Source of the DNA: Fimbriosthenelais zetlandica
Lineage: Eukaryota
Direction: 5' to 3'
Assembly: GCA_977030845.1 (NCBI GenBank)
Contig: OZ365113.1
Coordinates: 39,308,001-39,372,000 of the forward strand
DNA length: 64,000 bases
Numbering within the stretch: position 1 is the first letter of the stretch; every line of letters begins with the position of its first letter. A model generated the notes under the pieces. The model made no database searches and was not told where the DNA came from. It worked only from the letters and a program-made list of their open reading frames with translations. A program made the translations under genes and the position numbers. Below are positions 54,860 to 64,000 of the stretch, piece after piece.

Positions 54860-54934
54860 CAACTGCGCACTGCGCATGCGCCCGCCGATAGTGCTGCCCC
54901 CACGGGAGCAATAACCATAGGTTGTCATGGTAAC
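54860..54934. promoter_or_regulatory. NRF1 site plus RFX X-box
   Basis: TGCGCATGCGC 54871-54881; GTTGTCATGGTAAC 54921-54934. Confidence 0.4.
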
Positions 54935-56882
54935 CTGGATATATACATTGACATCGTCTGCCTTAAATGCTGCACTGTTTTGTGCTTGATTGACGCCTGC
55001 AACATGTCCAATGTGGCTTTCTGTAGGACTGTCAGAAGCTGAGTTTCCTTATTTGAGAGGAACATGAAATCCAACATTTTCTATAGGATATATCAACCAC
55101 GGGGGCCCGATATAAGCCTTATAATAAGGCACTAATTACAGGAGGGTACAATTGACAATTGAATGATGTCTGTCTTTGTGACCACACAAGTAGACAATAA
55201 TGATGTCACTCCTCTTAATCATCCAATTTAAGTCGTGTGGGACTCATTACAAGAACCAAATTTATGATGAGAATTATATTCTGGCGGTAACTTCAAAGCT
55301 CTGGCCATCTTTGTTTTTGGTGATGGCCTGAAGGAATGTGAAATACCTGTGTGACATGGAGTAATTACGAGTGTTGTTAATTGGCGCTTTACATGGGGGG
55401 AATGTGACGGCCGAGATTGACATGTGTTGCATGCATGTTCAATTCTCCAAGCGACAAGCTCCCCGTCCTCAAAACCTCTCATTGTCAAACTTCCGACTCA
55501 AAACTAGAGTATTAAATTTCTCACAAAAATATGACAGGGGAAAGACAGCTAGGGTGTCAAATGTCTTTTATTATTAAGGAATTTGCCTAGTTGGAAGAGA
55601 ATGGAAGCAACCTGGTGGACGAATGGAAGGTCGAAAGAGAGCGTAAACATGAGAACGGGGATGATTCGAGACATGATTATTTTTCGTCAATGAAAAATGG
55701 GAGGGGGAGATAATGTGTGTATATATGTATATGTGGATATATCGTTAACAATTATGGTGTCAGTGAGTGGGATGAATAAGATGCGTCATTGTGGCATGTA
55801 GGTTAGGTCACTTGTCAGTTTGATATATAACGCAGGCCCATGATGAGCATAATGAAAGAAAGACAAAGCTATAATTGTAGTCGTTAGAGACCACTTCCCA
55901 GAGTGACAAATAGCATTCTCTCGATAAAGGTCATCTGGGAAGTTCCTTTGAAGAGATGGAAACATTCCGCTTCAAAATATTTTGAAGTTCTTCCCAAATA
56001 CAAAAGCCGATATGCAAATTTGAATACTGTGAAGGCATTTTGTCAATAATGCATCATGGTATTAGGTTAAAACCTACATTTATGTTCAGTGTTAACATTT
56101 TGTAGGATCCATTTGTTGGTAATTAGGCTTCACTATATTGTCATTGATTTATTATAGCAGATGCGATCTATTGGACGACTCCTCTTGATTCTTTTGTTGC
56201 ATCTGCATGTCCACTCTTTATTTCCTATTAACTTCTTTTTGGAAATGGCATACGAAAATATGACATGTAAGGGCTAGGTGGAAGGTCCAAAGATAACAAC
56301 ATAAGGTGGCCTAAAACATCCGTATGGTAGGCAAAGTAACAGTTGGGCTGCAATCAACTGTTTTGAGGATATATTCCACTTCAGCGTGATAACAACAAGT
56401 GAGACTGATGAAATGTTTGTCTGGCGTCAAGTTCATGAATCTCATCGACTCATGTCTGTCAATATCTTAACCATAGAACACCATCCAATCTGATCACCAG
56501 ATCCTCATTTAGCCTTAACTTTTTATAAATCACACTACGATTGTTTTTCCCATAAACGATGAAACTTCTCTATTTACAGGTTCCTATCATCATACTGTCT
56601 TTATTAAGGTTTAGAAAAGCGACCAGTGGTAGAATTGAGTCGGGTGTAGAGTCTACGTTTTGTTTTTTCTGCACCACACAGACGACAAGTGGACCTTGAT
56701 GGCGCCATTCTCACGAGCTCTCATGTGTGTCATGTGATTTATGATGATACATTCCTATGACAGGACGGCTGGGTGTCTAGCACCGGGAAAATGATAAGTC
56801 GCACCTGACGGGATTGATTAATGGCTCCACTAGCGACACCTGACGCTGAACCCAGTATGCATTTCCTTATCCCATGGACGTA

Positions 56883-56926
56883 TCACGTGACTTGACCGGA
56901 CGTGACGTCATAGACAAAATGGCGGC
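56883..56926 (+). promoter_or_regulatory. Compact E-box + CRE + YY1 module
   Basis: TCACGTGA 56883, TGACGTCA 56903 and AAAATGGCGGC 56916, all within 44 bp. Confidence 0.5.
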
Positions 56927-59730
56927 AACCCCTGGACTCCGATATAGTTATGCATCCCTTGATCTTCAGGCAATAATGGGCTGTTTCCACAGCACTAGAA
57001 AAGAGATGATCTTCAATCGTCCATTCAAAAACTGAAAGTTTCATTGCAGAACACTATTTCCGCGGTGCTGCTATGACATCCTTTATTCAAAGATCCTTCA
57101 TTCTTCAAATTAGAGATATTAAATATTTGATGATAGTTTTAGGAGATCCAAGTAATGAAGTGGCAGAAATGGCGATTATTTTTGAAGGAGATTCCATGTG
57201 GATGGAGATCAAACAGGATGATAAATAAACAATAGTGAGGAAACGAATGAATATTAATATAGACCTGTAATGGGGAAGAGAAGATGACATATTGGGCTCA
57301 ACACAAACAAGTGAAGGGACAGCTCTTATAGGGACAAAAGATCTTTAGTGACACCTTCGTGGTGCTTTGATTAAAGAAATAATATAGTTTACCTTATTCT
57401 TTCCTCAGAGTCTTGTGCATGACAGTGAAACCCAGTTTGACATAAGTATAGTGACGTCACATGACAGTTCGAGACGTCACCTCCAGGAGGCACTCACGTC
57501 GTGGTCAGCGTTCTGGCCATGATAAACGTGACAAGTGGATGATCGAAAGCCTATGACAAACAAGTAAAAAAGAGAAAATGAATAAAAACTGTAGCAAATG
57601 GTCGGGCAGGTGTCACACAAGCAAGACCAAAACAAAGCCAATCCATCAGAAGGTGGGGACTGTCAGACGCATTGTTGGGGCCGCGGCTGCTGTCACTCGT
57701 CACATCAATCATCTGTCAGGATTGTCAGCGGAATGACCGCGGACAAAGCCAGGTGTAAACAGTGACAACAAAACCCACCTTATATATACCTGTGTAAAGG
57801 CGACCAGGGGGCACATTCACTAAGATCCCACCTCCATAATGATAGGGGGCTAGCCATGGCCTGAATCACCAATAGAAGTGGGTGGCCATGTTGGTAGTTT
57901 ATTAGGACGTGGATTAAGATATATCCCATAGGTATTTGTTAAGGTTGCTTAACGACTGCTCTGATGAATCGTGCAGGGATGTTGAGATCCAAACATTTTT
58001 ACGCAACGTGTGTGACTTTGAGAAGCGGAGGGAATTTCCCTTCTCAGAGGTGTGTGCATAAATTACCCTCTACTTTTCCATATTTATGGGCCCTATCACA
58101 CAAAGAAAGGCTGTATGTTAACCTATCCGAATAATGTTAGCATTTGAATAATATAAATCCCATTCAAGTAGACCTATCTCGACCGATTTTTTAAACTAAA
58201 ACTCAAACAGTTTAAAAGCCACGGTTGAGACACATAAACTTTATGAATAGGAGAGGTCCTTAACTATTAAAAGCTGTTGGGGTTATTTACTATTTTATTT
58301 ATTGCAGGAAAGAACGCAAGTGAATTGAACAGATGTCCGCGTGAGGGCTTGTTTTCTTTGGTAACATTCTTTGATTTCAATACATTAAGTCAAATATATT
58401 TCTTCCATTTGATACCATGGCTTGCCATTTTCACGAATGTTTAAATTTTCTAACATCTGTGAAATGCTTGAGGATCCATAAATATGCAGGGACATGATTG
58501 TGATTTTAGCAACTGAATGTGACAAACATTTTAGTTGTTAAAACTTAACTTGAAATACCGTGTCATTGAGAGATATCGTTTCAGATATGTATATAGCTTA
58601 CCGGGAACATATCTCATGTAGATAAGTATGCTTTATGATCAAATATTCTAGTATCATTATCAAATTTTTCTATTATCAACATCTCAAGGGCATTGGTCAG
58701 GACCATATACATATAAGTACTTGACACCATCAGCAACTCGAACAAGGCTTTTGGATAAGTAGACTTGAGAGGTTATCAATCATAATGTTATTAATATTCC
58801 TTATCAGTACTCAAAGGCCGACTACAAATCTTTATCATATATGTACATGTTTATAACTAAAGTTGCTAACTGGACTTATGATCCTTTATATAGCATCAAT
58901 GATAGATGGCTTGTATCATTCTGAACCTGTGTGAATGGGATTTATTCAGCTGAACCAAATGCCGAGTTTTTTTTTACTTTTCTGTTCTGACCAGTTTCAT
59001 ATATTGACCCATGGTGTTGTATCACTTGTTGTACAGAGGCATCTGGGCTCCCACAAAGTGAAGTCTGCAATTTTATTTCTATCCTTCCCTTTTATAAAAC
59101 ATAATAATAATATACTAGCAGATTTAAGGTCGCCATATATATACACGGAGTTGGTGGGGCGGACGCGTCCATTTTGCGTCAATGTGATGCGCAGAAATAT
59201 CAACTTGTTAATATTTCCTAGCGAGGGTTTATGTAGAGTTATGGGTACTAGGATTGCGACGGATCCAGGACGCATCTATATGACGCATATCCTGTGTAAA
59301 AGACCTTCTATACTTTGTACAGGGTAATCCGGGGACAGTTTCCAGAAAAAAAGTGTGATAAATTAGCGCTTTTATGCTCCCTATGACATGTATATTAATA
59401 CACCTTTGTTGTATATTAATTTGCCTATCGTAGTTTTTTTAAAGATTAAAGTCTTCATCATCAGTCTTTGCATTATAAAACACATCTGGTATATAACATG
59501 ATAATATCTAGACTTCAGTATCGTTCCGTTCTTGACCCGGGGACCTGGTTCCTGTTTACTTTATCAACGCACCTCATCTTGTTCATGCTATTTCCGGTTT
59601 TTCCATCGATTACGTTCCCCGTCTTGTTCCTAGCTCATGTTTTTAACACCCCTCTTTTTTGAATGCCTCCGGGCCTAAAATGCTCGACATTGTGTCGTCA
59701 TTTGTGGCGCCAATCAGATTGCTCGGAACA

Positions 59731-59951
59731 ATATGTGACGTGTTTTCATGAAATGAGTCTAAAGTCGCACAGGGCCATTCGAATCGGAGTTACTGGCCTG
59801 AAAGAGTTGTAAACAAACCACTTATTTCTCTCAGCATTTTCGCAAGGATATATTTTTTTACTATTTTTGTGACTGCTCTATACGAATCTGCAACTAACTC
59901 AACATCCATTTTTGCGACTTTAGACTCATTTCGTGAAAACACGTCAAATAT
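59731..59951. mobile_element. 221-bp MITE with 39-bp terminal inverted repeats, ATAT at both ends
   Basis: ATATGTGACGTGTTTTCATGAAATGAGTCTAAAGTCGCA (59731-59769) versus reverse complement of 59913-59951, 37/39 identical. Confidence 0.9.
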
Positions 59952-62278
59952 GCCCAAGTGGGCGTTATCTGGATGCCCGTTTGATGGCGTGTGTGTAGCT
60001 AAGAATCTGGCATAGGCATTATAGGCTATAGCATTATAGTCTATAGCATGGCAGTGCGTCAATTCACATTCGAGGAGTCCCATGCTCTCTACTTATCTGA
60101 TCTAACGAGGGAAGTTTTTTCGCGCCAAGTTGGAGCGCACTGTGAATTAAGGCTATCCGAAAGCCTATAAATCTGAAGCATTTACAAGTCTCCTGGGCAT
60201 TTATATTATGCATATGTATACATAGATTAATTTCATTGAGGTAGACAACAGTCAGGTGTTTCCCTTCAAGAATATATATTTAGTTACCAGCTTCGCAAAA
60301 TTGAAACCGTTCATATATAGAGATCTCCTCTAATTAGGCCTATTACCATTCGAGTATGGGCACCCGTATAAGAGGAGAGTGCCCTCCCCAATAGATTACA
60401 AGGATGGGGGTGGACAACAGACAAGAGGACTCTTCTTCAAGCCTCCATATTACACAAAGCCATGCCCCAGACCCCTCTCCTGGTCACCTTTGTTCCTCTG
60501 TGGTCTCCCATGCTCATATTTTCCATCGTACTTTGCTTTTACGATGAGGCAAAAATCCAGTCGCCGCAGGGGTGGGGCGCCGCAGAGGGGTACGCGACTG
60601 ATCACAGAGTCGCGATTTATCGCCCAGAGAGAAAGTATCATGGTCGCAGAAATTTGCATGTAATATTTGTGACAAGCCATTCCTCATACACGCTACACAG
60701 GGCCCGCACAGATAAAACTGTCATTTGTTCGCCACAGCGGAGAATTTTATTTGTTTTCATGGCGGCCAGATATAAGACTCGTTATCAAGGCCTGTTGCGG
60801 CGATAAGCAATGTTTTTTTAGGGCTTTGTCATGTGAGGCATGATTTACAGGCGCACCGTGGCACGCTGATGGACAAACGTGGCCAACAATAAATTACCCC
60901 AGCCTGTACAACCAGTTGCCTCTCTTCTTTCCCTCGCTAGGGACACTCTGCTCTGATACTGTATGAAAAGATATAATAGACCTACAAGGCAAAGCCTCGC
61001 TACCAAAACTCGCCGTTTCGGGTTCCTAGATCCGACACAGGGGGCGCCCTTGGAACTCAAGGCCCAAACGATCTTTGCATGGTCTCTGCACAATTATCAC
61101 CTTACGAAATATAGACTATTGATTTGAGTATTCTGATTGGCAAAGGCCTACTAACTTGATGGATAATGTTAAATCTGTGTGAGATATCAAGTACTGGAAA
61201 TGCAACAACTTATTTGGGCATCTTAGAACTGGTCATTTGAACTTTTCAATCTACTCAAGCGATCATACCCTTACGCGATTCGCAAAAAATTATAATAACA
61301 GGCATCTATGGTAACATCCTCGATACGAAAAATGTATCAGTGGAGAAGATAGAATTAGAGCGAAAACACTTCAGAATATATAGGCAGTTCAGACGAAGAT
61401 AAATGTTTCAGAATGTTTTAGCAATAGATTATAGAGCACCAGGCATGGGAATATAATACCCGGTATGGTAAATGCTAAAAACCCTGCCTAAAAATGTTCT
61501 CAGGTTATACCCTATGTTCTGATGAAGTGTACCTGTGGGCTTCCGTTCACATGTGGATTGCTCCACTTCCTGTGCCTCCTCACGTAAGCCTAGGCGTCAT
61601 TCTTTCACAGATCATATTGATTTATGACCTTCACAAAAAGTTAGTCGCGGATTATAATATATATTAAGCTGGGATAAGAACCAGGTATATGAACTTCATG
61701 GAACGAGTTTATAAGGATCTCTGGTTGGGACGTTTATAAAGGCTGGGAGGAGAAAAAGTACATTCCGGAAATAGTCTGCCACTTTGGAAAGATCAAACAC
61801 ACACTCGCCTCTTTTATGGGGGCTTCCATTTAATCCTTTTCATCTCGACTTCGTTACATGTCCATGCTTGCATGTAGAGTAGAGAAATTTTCTATTTTTC
61901 TTACTAAAATAAATTTTCAGGAACCGATATACAGTGCCCCCGAATAAAATGTTCATAAATCATTTAAATTAAATTAGAACAAAAGAAAAAGTACTGAGTC
62001 GATTAAGAATTATCAAAAATAGGAGGGCATATTTAGAAATGTTATCTCTAACCAAAGTAAGTGTCGAATGATTTTTGCTTTGGGCGTATAGTGAACAGGT
62101 CGGTGGTAGTGGCCTCATGTCATAATTGATTGTCGGTCTCAATATGATGAAGTACCACCATATGTCTACAATCAATTCTCCTCACCTCTCAAAATTCTAA
62201 AACTCCACTATGATTACTTGACTGACCATCTATCGGTAATGGTTCTTATCAGCTCGTTGGGGAGTTAGGAGGAGGAGT

Positions 62279-62301
62279 GGGGGGGGGGGGGGGGGGGGGG
62301 G
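62279..62301. repeat. Poly-G tract (G23); similar tracts at 1465-1478 (C), 2316-2333 (C), 5331-5343 (G), 21981-22001 (G) and 22618-22639 (C)
   Basis: Seen directly; exact lengths may be assembly-dependent. Confidence 0.85.
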
Positions 62302-64000
62302 ATGTAGCCTGGCCGGCGGGCAATATGAGCATACCTTGGTTGCTGTTATTAATAAAGGAAGGCATGATGTATGTAGCCACTCTAAGCCGGGCTTTTTGAT
62401 GTTTTGGCCGAGCACTGGGTGACGTCTGAACTAGCTATCAATCTGTAGCGATCGCCTCATATATCTTACCATGACAAGTTCAGATTAAACCCTTACACGG
62501 ACAGACACGACCTAAATTCCATCAGCACCATAGCAACTGTCAATCGTAGCAGGAAGCCCAAACAAAGTTTATAGGATGCTCTCTGTCTGCCAGACCAAAA
62601 ATATAGACGCCAAAGCCATTGTTCATGCCTTGAACATTCGACCTTGTTGAGAGAGAGGGCGGGAGGGAGACCTCAAAAAGAAGGAGATTAAGTGTTATAA
62701 ATCAAGGACGATATTAAAACCGTCCGTGGCAGGTATTGACAGAATGAGGTCTGGAGTGTCGAGACTTGGTGCTTGTTGTAGGATGTAGTAAATCAAAATG
62801 TTATCAGAGAACAAGTAGAGGTATAACACCCATTAGACACGTCTATACTGAGATCCGGGCAATAAATGACAAGAAGTGCACGTGTACAAACTCTCCTGAA
62901 GGAGTGTAGGCTTCCCAATTATTAACATTATACAATTATTCTAATATCCTATTATATCATGTTTCATCTAAATCCTATAAAACACTTCCTTGTTTCAATA
63001 ATTTCCTTCCCGAAAACCTATACCCCATCAGCAAAGACACTTGGCCCCTCTTTCCCCCACGCAAGGGAACTGCTAGCTGTTGACTTCCGTTTGAACATGT
63101 AAAATCAACATGGAGGCCCCCCGCCAAGTAATGACCACTCCTTCCTGGGACGAGGAATTACCAGAAACAGGCTTGCTCCCTCTCAGTTGGCCAACTCACA
63201 ATTTTATTTATTGAACGTATATGTAATGTGGCTGGGCTACGGAGACATCCCCCAACCATCAATACCAACTTGGAGGGCATTGTACAAATGGGACATGAGA
63301 GGCTAGCACTGGCCGAGTATAGGGGAGACGAACATGTTGAGGTGGGGGCATTCTCCCTTTTTATCCCATTCCTGATATTAGTTGTCCATTGGATTAACAT
63401 TGGACTTGATATTGTGAAGGCCGGTGGTACAAGATTTTGGCATAATTTCCTGCTCTCTGATTGGCTTCGTCATGATGTCCAACTAATTAACTGTACTCTG
63501 ATTGGTTAACGATCTCAGAGTATCAACAAGGGCTGAGCAAAGTTGTGTTTTGCATTCATTGATTAAAAATGATAAATGAAATTATTTTCCCATATTTATT
63601 TACTTCTTTTAATGGATAGCATAAACATATGAACTTCCCTTCACATTCGAAGAAGTCCTCAAAAGAATGGAATATGCAAATTGGGAAACTTATCACATTA
63701 TAAGGACAAATTTTATACTTCTTGGGAGGTCTGGTATTAATTATGGCATATCCCTGCCACCAATGTATAAACTTTGGCATATATATAATTCAGTTCCAGC
63801 ATAATTGGCAGAATTATTATAGGTACATGATATGAGTTTCAGAATTTGACCACTTCAACTGTTCAGTTTATATAGTATCCCCCACTAACTACTGGAGGCT
63901 ATAAAGGGCCTGGTGGAGGCAGCATCTCTTCCCCCTCTGTGGGACAGCATCCTGTCCATCACACCACTCATCATGAACCATGGAGGGAGGAGAGGAGAGG

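Noticed and set aside
33107-57442. Shared 15-mer AAACCCAGTTTGACA at 33107 and 57428
   Set aside because: Within chance expectation for this window size, with only short upstream similarity.
59790-60083. 97-aa ORF as a transposase
   Set aside because: It crosses the MITE boundary and lacks DDE or DNA-binding motifs.
61439-61492. Short hAT-like MITE (CAGGCATGGG...CCCTGCCT)
   Set aside because: The inverted match is short and imperfect and there is no 8-bp TSD.

Overview
Animal (metazoan) genomic DNA, probably an invertebrate bilaterian; the species cannot be identified from this window. The only supportable protein-coding sequence is the last two exons of a C2H2 zinc-finger gene resembling ZNF236 (4054-4222 and 14807-15156, + strand). 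They are joined in frame across a 10.6-kb phase-1 intron, with a poly(A) signal at about 15820. I found no credible coding exon in the remaining ~48 kb. That region alternates GC/CpG-richer islands carrying transcription-factor motifs (Pbx/Meis, Pbx-Hox, YY1, RFX, NRF1, CRE, CTCF, a nuclear-receptor DR2+DR0 composite) with AT-rich spacers that are strongly enriched for the palindrome TAGGCCTA. Also present are three MITE-like elements, an 85-bp tandem array inside a probable non-autonomous element, a degenerate tRNA-derived fragment, several hairpins and simple repeats. There is no CRISPR array, rRNA, intact tRNA or autonomous transposon. All motif counts are manual tallies, and expected values are rough estimates assuming about 42% GC and independent bases. 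The regulatory interpretations are hypotheses.
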